This document shows, in pieces, positions 24,057 through 36,160 of a stretch of 64,000 nt of DNA. Numbering within the stretch: position 1 is the first letter of the stretch; each line of letters opens with the position of its first letter. A program made the translations under genes and the position numbers. The DNA is from Phoronis australis (lineage: Eukaryota > Animalia > Phoronida). The stretch lies in the NCBI GenBank assembly GCA_002633005.1, contig NMRA01000255.1, positions 379,937 through 443,936 of the forward strand, written 5' to 3'. The notes below the pieces were generated by a model. It made no database searches. It saw only the letters and a list, made by a program, of their open reading frames with translations, and had not been told where the DNA came from.

Positions 24057-25485
24057 GTTATAAACAATAAGACATCAAGTGTCGACATACCAGTCAGGTT
24101 ACATGCGTGTAGCGAATATGAACTTTTTTATTTGTCCGTTTTTTTGATCCTATTATGCCCAAAAACTGATGTAATTACTTACTGAAAGTTAACGTATTAA
24201 TTGATTCAAATGTATAGGTCTATAACAGGTCATAGGAAAATCACCCAATGTAAAATACGCCTTCACATTCCAAGGAGTATCAAATTCGCACTTTCTAACC
24301 TGGAATAAAGACAAAGTTTTCACAGCTAAGACAGAAGATAATCAAGTCTTAGGCAGTAACGAAGAGATAACAAGCTATTCAAAGACTAAACCTTGGCCAT
24401 TGAAAACGTTGAGTCATAGCTAATATGACTTTCTGATAAACAGTTCTGGAGTTCCAACATGTTACATAACAAGAGCTGTGAAGCTGACTGACTAGACTGA
24501 AAAGCAGGATATCTGACTAAAAATGGGGTCCTGTTAAAGTGGATTCTCCGTTCAATAACACCACACCAAAAATCGGAATAAAACTTTGGCCTCGGTGAGA
24601 CGTATAACGTAGCGAATGCTTTTGACTTTTTAATGGTTCGACGAGAACAAAACAGCTGGAAATCAATATAACATGTAAAAAAAGTCTAAAATTAAAATAT
24701 AGGATGAAATGTGTTGATTGTGTTTGCGCGCGACCGCATCACGCGAAGTGGTATATTGCAGTGTATGTGTGTGCGCTGGTGGGTACTTTCACTCTTCAAA
24801 TTAGCGTTAACTCTACTCGTAGTTGGACGATTTTTTCATTCGAAGTTGCTGGAAGGTATTTCCTTTAAACGAAAGCAAAAACAAATATATCCTGTGTAAG
24901 AAACACCGAATTTAAAATCAAAGAGAGGACAGCCATAACCAAATTGGACATCTGAGACGCACATTAACGGTCTTCACTGAGGGTTCGGGCTCAAAACCTG
25001 AAGTGCTGACGCTAGCCAAGGCTGATCTAACTCGTCAGCAAGAGAAAAATTGGCACTGAGAACAGTAAATATTCTCGTCAGGTGTCAGATTGCGATACAA
25101 TATTTTATTGGAAGATGACGACCCTCATACTTGAAGAAACGAACATTCCAGAACTCGGCCAGCTATAGGGAAAATCTGGTGCTACCCACGCCGTGCTTTG
25201 GGACACTTCATGTGCATTCTTCTTGCCTCTGTATCGGCAGAAGAGTTGCCAAATAATGAACAATGCCCATGTTCATTTCTACCAAGAACGAAAGATGCCT
25301 CCACCAAATACCACCAACAGATGTCAACGTTCACTTACGGACGTTCATAGCATACCTACAGATGTTGGAATGCACCTGATTAACGACATACATCGAAAAA
25401 ATAAAAGTAATACCTACTTTGGATTGAATGTCAGCAGCCCTCTATTAACACTGGCGTCATCAACAGTACCACTGATTCTCAACTT

Positions 25486-25662
25486 CTACTTGACGTACTT
25501 AGTTGCAGCTGCAATGAAGACAAACAGGAATACAGCGACAGACGATGCAGTTGCAACAGTGCTGCTGTTGGCCTCTAGTGGTAGGGGTGTTCTCACTTCT
25601 GCATAGTGTACACCAGCGAACAGACAGGTAGACGCTGAAGACGTTGAAAGACGACTAAGCAT
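25486..25662 (-). other. Candidate 58-aa small ORF or terminal exon with a hydrophobic C-terminus (TM or GPI-signal-like)
   Basis: MLSRLSTSSASTCLFAGVHYAEVRTPLPLEANSSTVATASSVAVFLFVFIAAATKYVK*, just after an AG acceptor at 25668/25667. Confidence 0.3.
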
Positions 25663-27059
25663 GCACCTGCCATTAATAATTGTACATTAAAATTACAGGT
25701 GTATAAATCCACATTCAGACAGGTGCATTTTCCTTAACCTTTCTACATATATATGCATTGAATTTTAATATAGTTCGGTAATGGTCCCTCACTTTCACAA
25801 GTTTGGTTGAATACACGAGGTGTATTGACTCTGTCCAGTTTTAAAGCTTTTAAAAAGCCAGCCTTTCGTAATTTCTCGTGTGTATTCAGTCAACAACAGT
25901 GCATTTAGACATGAGTTGTCCGTAGGACATCATGATCACATAGAAACAAAGATAAACATACTTAAATGTACGTATCCTCGTATGATAACACCCAGGTATT
26001 TCGGTCATCATAGACCATTAAAGGTGCAAATAAAATGCAAGCTTACTCATTCTCGACAATAGAACAAACTACACAGAGTAGTAATTAACACTATGCAACG
26101 AACGTGGCCAAGCTTTGGCCAATACAACCACATTACTGTACATGAGAGGGGGAAATAACGTTATTTGTACAAAGATAAATTTCTATTGAGACCCGTGTAG
26201 AGGGAACTAATTGATGGAGATTCGAATTTAACCATAAGGGCTTCAAGGATTTTCAGCCTGTGCGCATTTCGTTCAAAAGAGTGAATGCACGGGTTATCAA
26301 ATAGCATAGTGAATTTGAATATAAATTAAAGTTAGTGGCAATAACTCACCAGCATATCATAAGTCATGAATGCTTAGGTACATGTATGCTTAGTTCAATA
26401 TTTATGAAGGACGCTCCGATAATTTTGCGGCTTCATTTACTGCGATTTTGGTATTATTTAACATTTTATTTACAATGAACGAAATTGCAATGACTGAATA
26501 ATAAAACAGCACAAGAATGTTATCGTAGGTCTACACGTAGCATGTGCAAACTGCAAACACATAGTCTACATGTACTTATAACCTGTATGAAGGGGCGGAT
26601 ACAGGATTTTGAATAAGGGGGTGGCCAGGGCAGAGTATTAGCCAGGATTTTGCCCGTTAGACATTCGCACCGCCGAACTGCCACTGGGATCTGGGGAAAT
26701 TTTAGGGAGGGGCAGGACCCCCTTGGTCCCCGTAAATCTGCCCCTGGTATGGTCTAAACATATCCGTAATCACAAATAAACAACGTAATGTCGAGACTCC
26801 GATTATTGAAATTTTGGTAGAATATCTAGTCCACTATTACGCGATCCCTTATCCTCATCGCTATTCGATCTCATTTCGTCCACCAAAGAAGGTGGGTATT
26901 TCTTGTTTCAGTCCAACATGACCTTTGGCCTCTGTATTTGACCTTTATAGTAACTCTGCCCCCACTGAATAATACAGAAATGAACTCTAGCCCCACAACA
27001 CGTTAGAAACGATACATTGCAGGTCCTATAAGCCATCATGTACACGGCAGAAGATGGAA

Positions 27060-27232
27060 ATTGGGCGAAATTCAAAACGGTGGATGACGCCATCTTGAAT
27101 TACAAAAGATTCTCAAGGTTGCTCTAAGTGCAACCAAATTAAATTTATTCTCATAACCAAATATAGTAAATATCCCGTAAGAAAACTTAACAGTAAACAA
27201 CGTTGCATGTTCAACTTTTTGCAGCTAGACTA
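27060..27232. mobile_element. Opposite terminus of the Academ-like element family
   Basis: 27060-27115 is the inverted counterpart of about 22470-22525; ends GCTAGACTA. Confidence 0.5.
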
Positions 27233-28057
27233 TCAAGGAAGATATATCCACGAGGAGACAGAGTTTGAGTTCAATAACAGTAGTGTTTCGTACGAAACGC
27301 AAGACCTCGCGAGATTCCTCGAAATGTCGCCACGGATGATGCACTTCCAACGAGAGAACGTGATTTTCACCAAAGTTTTTCTCGCTGTGAGACAGTTCGT
27401 GAACTCGACCCGGGACGGAAAGTGTGACGGCACCCTACTGAGGTAGTCCAAGAGATTCTGCTGTAGTAGTACTATCTAGTGGCCATGTCCCTATGGGAAA
27501 TTTTATAGGGTCAAAAGTGGAATCTGGAAAGTCATCAGTTATTCTCTGTTTTAGAAAAAAAGTGGTCAATATACTAATGTTGTAGTTCTCATATGCCGTG
27601 CCACGAGTTTCAGATTCAAAGAGTCACTTTTGTTGAATTTTACTGATTTAAACAAGGTATCAGTGCAAGTGACAAGTGTTATATAGGATATCTCTGTCTC
27701 TAGTTTGAGTTATTTGCTCGGGGTGTGACGTAACCACTTTCCGTCCCAACTTGGAGGGCTAGCCCTCGTTGCTAGGTTACTCGTCCTCACTTTTATGACC
27801 AATAATGAAGTATAATACATCTGAGCAGTGTCATTTTGATTTCAAAACATGGATTGGTTAACTCGTTAAATTGCAGTACGTGCTTTCATACTGGACATCC
27901 TTTAAAAGTATTCTTATTCGTGAGTTAATGAAATAGTTTGTGTGATACAATTGCTATCTCAAAATTTTATTTTCAACAAGGCGTCGGTTTTTCTAAACAA
28001 TCTTTCTCGTCTGTTTCTACTCCTCCGTCTCGTCTTTCAACGTGTTTTTGAGCAGAC

Positions 28058-28315
28058 CACGCGCGCACCCAAGTTAGAAAATGGGGGGGGGCTCGAATTT
28101 TTGAGAATATGGACCTTTTGCTAAGATTCACGGGGTACATTCAGAGCTATATTGTGTATCCTGCCTTTTTAGTGGACTTTTGTCCCTGCCTTTGTTTTAG
28201 TGGACTTTTGTCTCGTTTTCTACCTTTTTCGGAGTTTTTGTTTCTCTGAGGTGGACTTAATTGCCCATTTTGCCAACTGAAATGGTTTGGGTTGGCGGCT
28301 CCTTCTACGCGCATG
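28058..28315. mobile_element. MITE related to 20012-20265, opposite orientation
   Basis: CACGCGCGCACCC...TACGCGCATG termini; the internal TAGAAAATGG..GCTCGAATTTTT..GTGGACCTTTT is the reverse complement of the 20012 copy. Confidence 0.6.
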
Positions 28316-28709
28316 CACACGTTGTTAAACATTGGCAAACTTGAATTACGCTTGAAACTTTCCAAAGTAAAACTACCAGTTTCGCCTCCGTTATTGCCTG
28401 ACGGGGTACTGTTTCGCGCGAATTTTTTTTCACTTGCTAACTATACTTCGTTCAATTGGTGTGGCGCATCCCTTTATTTATGCCGAAAGAGAATATCCGG
28501 GACTTGAAGTCTCAGTTTGACAAGCTAACGTGTCTGGCAGACATATTATAAATCTAACGACTTCTCTTATGTTAATGATTACAGAAAATTGATTCTTTGC
28601 ATTACACATAAAAAGGGTAATTTACTCCATTAGTACAAAAAAATCAATTATTATTTTAAGTGTCTGCCTTCTTGTCCCTGGCTGTCAACGGGGCACGAGG
28701 CCTCTCGAA

Positions 28710-28716
28710 TATATAA
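28710..28716 (+). promoter_or_regulatory. TATA box of gene A
   Basis: TATATAA 85 nt upstream of ATG 28795. Confidence 0.55.
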
Positions 28717-28794
28717 CACGACTTGCAGCTTACGAAAAAATCATTTGGAGTTAGAATTTTTTCACTGACGTAGTTCTCTGCTACTGATCGAGCT

Positions 28795-28843
28795 ATGAAG
28801 CGTACCTACGTAATCTTTGCAGTCGCATTTGTTTGGTTCTGTG
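28795..28843 (+). CDS. Gene A exon 1: signal peptide MKRTYVIFAVAFVWFC(G)
   Basis: ATG, hydrophobic core, phase-1 donor G|GTGAGT at 28844; not in the ORF track. Confidence 0.85.
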
Positions 28844-29015
28844 GTGAGTTCAAACTTTTTTTTGTGACTGATACCATTTTGTGCTAGTTTTACAGATTTG
28901 CCTGAAGTCTAAAACCTACTAAACACTAAACACTGATAGTTGGATTTCTTAACACTTTACATGCAGTGCTGGGGCGCAACCACAACCCTATTGCACATTT
29001 CACCGCTTTTTTCAG

Positions 29016-29230
29016 GCACGATGGCTAAGAAAAGTGCCGTTGACGAAGACGAATACGTCAGTATGGACGAACGCCAAGCCAGTTCCTTCCTGTCAGAGGA
29101 TGATGACAACATGTTTGCGGCTGTGGATGATGATGCAAAAGCTATGAAAACAATGCGTGAGGCAAAGTTCAACAAGCGCGCCTGGGAGCAGATGGAAATG
29201 GATTTCCCATCAGAAACGGTTGGTTATTGA
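29016..29230 (+). CDS. Gene A exon 2: acidic propeptide + KR + AWEQMEMDFPSETVGY (87-aa secreted peptide precursor in total)
   Basis: Acceptor TTTTTTCAG|G, phase 1 matches exon 1 (49+215=264 nt); homologous to the last exon of gene B; AATAAA at 29360. Confidence 0.85.
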
Positions 29231-29359
29231 GAGTGTCCATGGATTCAGCAGTTGCTCAGTGCAATGAGCTAGAACAGAACTACGCGACCTCATTGACGGA
29301 CAAAGATCACGTGAAATTATGTTACTGCGCCTTCTCTATTTAGCTCATTGCTCTGCGCA

Positions 29360-29365
29360 AATAAA
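29360..29365 (+). terminator. Polyadenylation signal of gene A
   Basis: AATAAA 130 nt after the stop, followed by a T-rich tract. Confidence 0.6.
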
Positions 29366-29701
29366 TCAACATGAAGCATAGAGTGATATCGTACAGTGTT
29401 TCATTTTGATTAAATGGAGTTTTCTTTCGAGCATAATTATTACCAGTTAGTATGTCATTCTGTTACCACATCCTGCTGTGACGTCATGACAGCCAGTCAG
29501 CCGCGCTACAACAACTAGTTATTAGAACGAGCTTGTTAGACAAACTTAAAGTAGTCCACCTAGCGTCCAGTTTGGCGAATACCAACTCGGCAAATGCTAT
29601 CTCAGATTTTCGATGGCGGTCTCAGGCATAAGTGTCCTCGGTCACTTTCCAAAATGAGACACCAAATTTTAATTCTTGCTGAACTTGCCAAACGCGACTT
29701 C

Positions 29702-29855
29702 GGACGTGCGTTCAGTAGACGCTAAGACCTATGCTAGGACCTAGCTAAAACCTAGTCAAAGTCACGTGTTCTCGTTTGAAATGCACGGCAATACCTCACG
29801 TAATCTAGCGAAGTCTTGCTTTTGAGCGAGGTCCTAGTATTACTGAATGGGAGGC
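29702..29855. mobile_element. ~150-bp MITE, third copy
   Basis: Colinear with 16569-16720. Confidence 0.75.
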
Positions 29856-30129
29856 AGGTTTCAACATTTCCACCACTAGCTATGTTTTGCAACGGACGTG
29901 TACTTCTGCCACGCACTGAGACACCGATATATAATTCTCTTGGTGAAATTGGGTATCAAGTGTCAGTTTGCGCTCAAATAGCGATATTATGTAATCTTTG
30001 TCAGAATTCTCGGAAAAGTCTTATTTATAATCATATATTCAGTAATTACTCAAGTCATGACGTTACTCGTATTTAGCAAAACAACTACAAGGTCCTTCGT
30101 TTATTGCCTGAATTGAAGTCGAGACGTGG

Positions 30130-30345
30130 GAATTGCTGTCTCTCAACCATTTTCAAGGATATGGAAGCCTGTCGCCTATTGATTTCACCCAAAATCTAAC
30201 CAATTAAAGGTTCCGCACGACCTATATATTCTGTTTTTCAGTCATTCCGTGACGCCCCTCCAAACACTCAAGCATTTGTTCTGTACACTGAAAAACAATT
30301 AAACATCACTACATACCATACTGAAATTTTCACAGATGGTTAAAA
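30130..30345 (+). mobile_element. Possible decayed LINE RNase H fragment
   Basis: Translates to ..YHTEIFTDG*K, like the IYTDGSK motif of RNase H-bearing LINEs; short and disrupted. Confidence 0.3.
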
Positions 30346-32750
30346 GTATCAAAATCCCACCATTGCATGACCGAAAGACTGCAGTGATGTCTGGGTCCGT
30401 CAAATTTTACTATCGACTTCCCTAAAAAATTGACCTCTTTGAGCGAAACTAATGAGTATTTTTAATTGTCTCCCTACTCGTCCTTAAGGATTCTTATTCC
30501 ATACTATTTCTGTTTTGCATCTCTCATCTTGAGAAAAATTCAAATGAAAATGATCTGACAGTGGGACACTGCTAAATTAAAAACAAAATCAACAGGTAAC
30601 TTAGTCTAAATGACCATGAGCAAATTATCTAGGCTAAAGTTGATATGATATTTAATCCCGTTTTAACAAATAAAAATACTAACTACAACAACACTTGTTT
30701 GAAAATTGAAACAAAATGTTCCAATTTTAATACCATCAAGCTTCAAACTCAGTTTCAAAATTCCTCTTACAATCTCTTAAATCGACAAGCGTGACCAACA
30801 CTTGAGGCAAGTTAGTCCACACCTGCGTAAAATGTCCACCGCGAATAACAGGATACATTTTGTCACACACTGACGACTTTGTTTTAGATGACTAATGCTT
30901 TTGCATATCAGAGAACGTATTACTCGATCAAGAAGTTTTGGATGAAATCAGTAATCCAGGATTAGAATTTTTTAAGCTATGAACGTGACAAATTAAGTAT
31001 AATCGACAATTATGTTGTATACAATCCACTCTGAAACGGGTAAATTGTCCACTTATCATTAAAGTAGTTGGAGTCATTACCCTAATTAATCGTACACAAA
31101 TATTTGATGATGTCTCACCAGTTCTACATTCCGTCATTTAGAATCATTACAAAGAGACACTGACGATTGCACATATGAGGTTGCGATGGCCTTTTTGACC
31201 CGGTTTGAAACTTTACGCTCACGTCGGTTTTTGCATGCTCTGCTCAATGTCAACTAGATAGGGACAAAAGAAATAAGATGAGAGTCTTTTAAGAATTGCA
31301 GTAAAGCCGCAGTTACACCTCCTGCTCTACCATGAAAAGTTGCCCACAGATGGCTCACGTTTTTCACCTGTGAAAGCTGACTGTATCCCTCCAGACTGAG
31401 GTTGACCACATACGCTGCAAATCCAAGCTTAGATGAAGCACCCGTACACCTGTAGACAGAAGGCGATTTTGACTCTGATAATAGTTTATTTTGTACTCCA
31501 TGTCTTTCGTTTACTCACAGGGTTGACTCATATATTACCACAGTAATCTAAGAATTCGTCCATTAATAATCTAGGCATTCCACCGATGAGGCCAAAAATC
31601 ACATTCCGAATAAAAAATAAAATCCATCTGTGGTGAGAAAAAAAGGTACGGTACTCAATTTCAGCGATTTCGGTTGGACGGAAGGAGGTCTGGAAGGCGT
31701 GCCAGTGCTTAAAAAGTCCTCTTTCTATCCCTATTGACGACAACAAACATGGGAGTCACAACCTTCTGCCAAATGGCGGTAAAATACTTTACAATAGCAG
31801 ATTTCGCTACCAAAAATTTTATTATCCTTCGAATTGTCTCTGATGAACACAATTTAGGAGCCAACACCGCGTCCTCACGCAGATTGGCTTGCTTCCCAAG
31901 GCTCGCACTCTCTGACGTCACTCGGCGTGTGAAGTCTATGATACAGGTCTCTAATAACAGCGGTTTTTATTGGCAACTTTTAACCCGAAAGCGCACCAAG
32001 GCTACCTATTTAAATTGCGGCATCTTCACCAGGTTGTAAAGAATGTAATTACCGACGACTTGCTATTAAAAATACATAACGATTAACAGTGAGCTTACAC
32101 TTTTTAATTGATATTCTTCTGTTTCACTGTTTGAAGGCACTTTATGGATTGAAAACGTATCGTACAGAAAAACTTGTTTCAGACTTTGTCAAATAAAATC
32201 AAGATAGGAATTTGGAACAGCTGGTATGACGAGGTATCTGAATAAATTAAGCGAATTATAGGAATTAGCAAAAGTTGGGAATTGTCTAAAAGCTGGATCT
32301 CTGATCTTGTTTGTGCGAAAGTAATTGATACCCATTAATGATGCAGCCGGGCAGTCACAAATCAAAACTAAAAGTTTTCCCACAGTTATCGATAGAAACA
32401 GAGCCCTTTCACAGGCAAAACACGAACATAACATACAGTAATGAAAATCACTGTGATTGGTTTACTCTCATTGTTGGCAAACGGATTAAAATTTTTGAGA
32501 GCCCTTATCTACCAGAAAGTCTACACAGTCCTGGTAATTTGAGCGGCCGCTCCATTTTCATCCCTTCCCCCGGTAGGAGCACTATTTATTTTGCAGGACA
32601 CCGTAATTTTCGAAGTCTTCCAGGTCGCCAAAATTTTCGAGCTACACTCCATCACCATCTTGTTCCTCGTGGCTTTGAGATGCGCATCGCCCAAATCAAG
32701 GGAACATTAGAAGCACCTTATGTATTTTTGTATTCTCAAATTTCTCCTTA

Positions 32751-33023
32751 GAGGTGAATGTAACCTTCGCATGTGCGGAATCAGTCATGTGCATTGACCT
32801 ATCGCTAGGACTTTGAGTGACGGCTTAACTGACCATTTAGAACTCATCATTCTTAGTTTCCAAGTCGCCATTTTACCCGGCAAACTACCAGTTGCCGAGT
32901 AAAATTTATTGTTTGTTAGCCGACATTACGCAAGGGGGCGGAGCTTGTGATAGGTCAGTTTAGAACTGGAGAATGGTTGGCCGTATGGTTGAAGTTCGCA
33001 CATGTGCAGAAAACATTAACCTC
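32751..33023. mobile_element. MITE with imperfect TIRs
   Basis: GAGGTGAATGT..TTCGCATGTGCG and CGCACATGTGCAGAAAACATTAACCTC; internal TGACCTATC / GATAGGTCA inversion. Confidence 0.5.
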
Positions 33024-36016
33024 CAAGGGAGGCACAGAACAGGTGTTTGTCTATCAGAACACACGTCAATGGACTCTTCACCCTGTCTTCACTCTGTCAA
33101 AAACTGCTTGCAAAGAAAGAAATTAAAGTTTTGAGTCAGTTAATATCAAAAGCCTTACAGATGAGCACAGGAACTTAATTCTCTCTTGTATTTTTGACCT
33201 TTTCACTCCCGCTGAAAACCAGGCAAAAAAACCCCGCAAAATCGGCACTTTTCAGCCCAAAACCACCACTTCCCTGCAGATGCTCGAATAAAGCCAACAT
33301 TAAATCCCGAAAGAAAATTTCCTACCGATTTCAAAAGTATGGTCTAAATGTACTGTCAGCCAACTATTTTTTTTTGAAAATCAGGCTTCCTGAAATCGCA
33401 GCCAATTTATCAGTTGTTACCCAGCAGTGCATAATTGCACCAAGGGGCCACCATATTGAAGAAGAGTGCAGTTACAGCCGAGCAAGTGGTCTTTTTCATT
33501 CTCACTATGTTCACAAATACAAAAAAACCGCATTCACTTGGCCTACATATAACACCTATTTAACTAAAAATGCCCCCAAGCCTGGCCTACACTTAGATTT
33601 TAATATTTTGGCACTGTTCAGTGCCACCTAGGCTAACCCGGAACACCACGGTTGTTTTCGAAGCATCATAATTTACCATAGAAGACGAGACACTATCTGA
33701 GTGCTCAAACATAAATCAGTCTTTCTTCTAAGCTTTGCACTCAATATTTTTTTTGAACCACCTGACTCAAATTTATTAAATTTGGAGCCTGCTAGGTTGG
33801 TTCGACCTTTTAAGTTTTGTGCTGCATTTGAACAGGCTACTAATGGCATTTTCTTGATTTTTGTATCTATCCAATTAAAGTCTGGCAGTTGATGAATCCT
33901 TGATCTACCTTTTCCCCACTTGTGGCTTTTTTTAACCTTTACCGCTTGCAAGTGGGAAGATGAAATTCAGTAAGAAATTCAGGTACACTTTTCAGACACT
34001 GGATTTGTAAAAAATCTGGCCCGTCGACAAGCAGTTTTCACCCGATTTCTATTGCCTGGAGAGCTTTGGCAGTCTAAATGCACTGTTTGTCTCTCAGTTA
34101 GTGGTAATAGCATGCTAATGTTGGCTTGGGTGAAAAGTTTTGATTTGAGTAATTTTGATCGTTTTTAAGCAGCCGGCTGCACTTGCGGTAGTCGTGAAGG
34201 ATGGGAAATTGACTAGAAAATTACTTTCAATTGATTTTGTGCAAGGTTTTTGAAGTGTTTTACCCAGGTTTTGTTCACCTTGTGAACAGAGTGTTGGTGC
34301 TGTTAAGATCTGGTTTTTCAAACGTAAAATCAATGAGCAAAAACTGTTGAATGTCGCCTAAAGATTGAAAGCCCACTGACTTTCCACATGACTGAAATAC
34401 GTACACGCATATGTATCGTATACCTCCGAGGGAAAAATTGAGGCTACGATAATACCCGAGGTGTTCAGAACGGGTACTAAGATTTAGCTTTAAGAATAAT
34501 CTGGTAATGGGGGAATACTCGACGATTTAGACAGTAAGACTAAAAAATAATCCAGGTTTGGTTCCAAAAACGTAAACCTAACCCTTTTGTATTAATTTTT
34601 GGGTGGCTGTCTTTATCACCCACTAACCTTGCAAAGCACGATGAGAGATCCCAAGTTATCAATGCGTATGTCCAGAGAACAACACTAAAAGTTCGTATGA
34701 GCATTTTGTAGTAGAAAAAGGTATCCCTTACCGAGATTAAAACTCCTATAGTGAAATTTGTTGTATAAATAAAAACGGTATTGTACGGAATTTTGTCGGA
34801 CTGAAAACGAACCTTTGGTTGGCAAACCGAAGTTGAAAATCGCAAATTTGAACATCAGAACCCATATACAACTACTGTGACAGAACCCACCTGGAAAGAC
34901 TTTAGGAGAGAGCACTTAAAGTCCACGGAGCATGAAGTGGATAATTGGTTTCACGACACCTAACTCTAACCCTATCCTAAGTCCCAAAGAACTTGGCTGA
35001 ACATCCAAAAAGTATTAACTGCGGCGTTGCATTCATAGTGTGCAGCTCTGATGGACGTTTTCTGGCTTCTAGATTCCTTTAAGTGTGCTGCGAATCAGTC
35101 ATTTGTTAAAAAAGACTAAATTTTGAGTCATTACTTATTCCCATTATAGTTAATGGTCTTGGGAGATCTGAAAGTTTTGTTATTGCTTGAAGTCTTGTTT
35201 TGTATACTATGATCAAGCCCACTAATTTAGCCAAGACTCGAGCAATAACGAGCTTTAATTTCAACTCAACGTAAGACAAAACTGTCTCTAATGTGATTAA
35301 GGATCTGAGACCATGTGGCTGATGTTAATAAAAAGTTGATTTTTTGAGAGAGATTGTGCTTATAGCAGCTTTAATTAACGCTTCATTTTGTGGATTCGGA
35401 ACTCAAAAAGGGCCCAGTTTCAAACAAAATTCTCCAATGCGTATTTGATAGGTTTTGGGGTTGAAAAGATGCTGATTCAAAGCCGTTTGTAGGATTTAAA
35501 ACCCTCAAAGGGATTATGTTGAGAAAGTAAACCTGTATACGATTAAAAGCAAAAGGCTTAATGCAATTTTTTTTCTTTGCGGTAAAATGAGGCAAAATAC
35601 AACTATAAGTTGATTCTTCGAAAACCGTTTTCATTCTTCGAAATTCTCTTTCTCATGGAAGATGATAATCGGAGTTTAGAGGGATAAAGTAAATTGTTAT
35701 CTACAAGAGGCAGAAGCACAAATGAAGTCCGCAAGTCGTAACAGTATTGGTAAGTACTGCAGTATTTTAAGTAGGGTGAAAACTGCTGATTTTTGTACTT
35801 TTTTCTAGTTTTTCAAGTATCCAGCTGCAAAAGTAAAATATGGAAAATTGACTTTGTAATCAGTTTTAACAAACATTGTGATAGGTTTTTGAAGCCTTTG
35901 TGCCATTATACTTGTTTTTATATTTTGTACATCCTGTGGAGCGGACTGTAGCGTACTCGACCTGGTTTTTCAAGCCCCCAATCAGGAAAAACTGTTGAGT
36001 GCAACTTCATGGTATA

Positions 36017-36160
36017 ATGGCGAGGTGTTGCGTTTGTGGTGGTTGTGACAATTTTGTATTTGACCACGCTGTGTCTCGTTTCACTTTCCCTCGAGACATC
36101 GGAGAAGCGAGGATATGGCATCATTTTGTACGAGAAACTCTCGTATTTGGATGGTCATGA
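36017..36160 (+). pseudogene. Degenerate THAP zinc-finger, probably a P/Harbinger-type transposon relic
   Basis: MARCCVCGGCDNFVFDHAVSRFTFPRDIGEARIWHHFVRETLVFGWS*: CxxxGC, FxFPxD, W..V pattern, then a premature stop before the CxxHF. Confidence 0.6.

Noticed and set aside
27207-27446. Coding-looking ORF LDYQGRYIHEETEF... after TTTTTGCAG
   Set aside because: The apparent acceptor is part of a transposon terminus; no recognisable family or convincing partner exon
29177-29205. EMDF resembles the gastrin/CCK C-terminus WMDF-amide
   Set aside because: No Gly amidation signal, no Trp or sulfated-Tyr spacing, and the paralogue has ELDFWT
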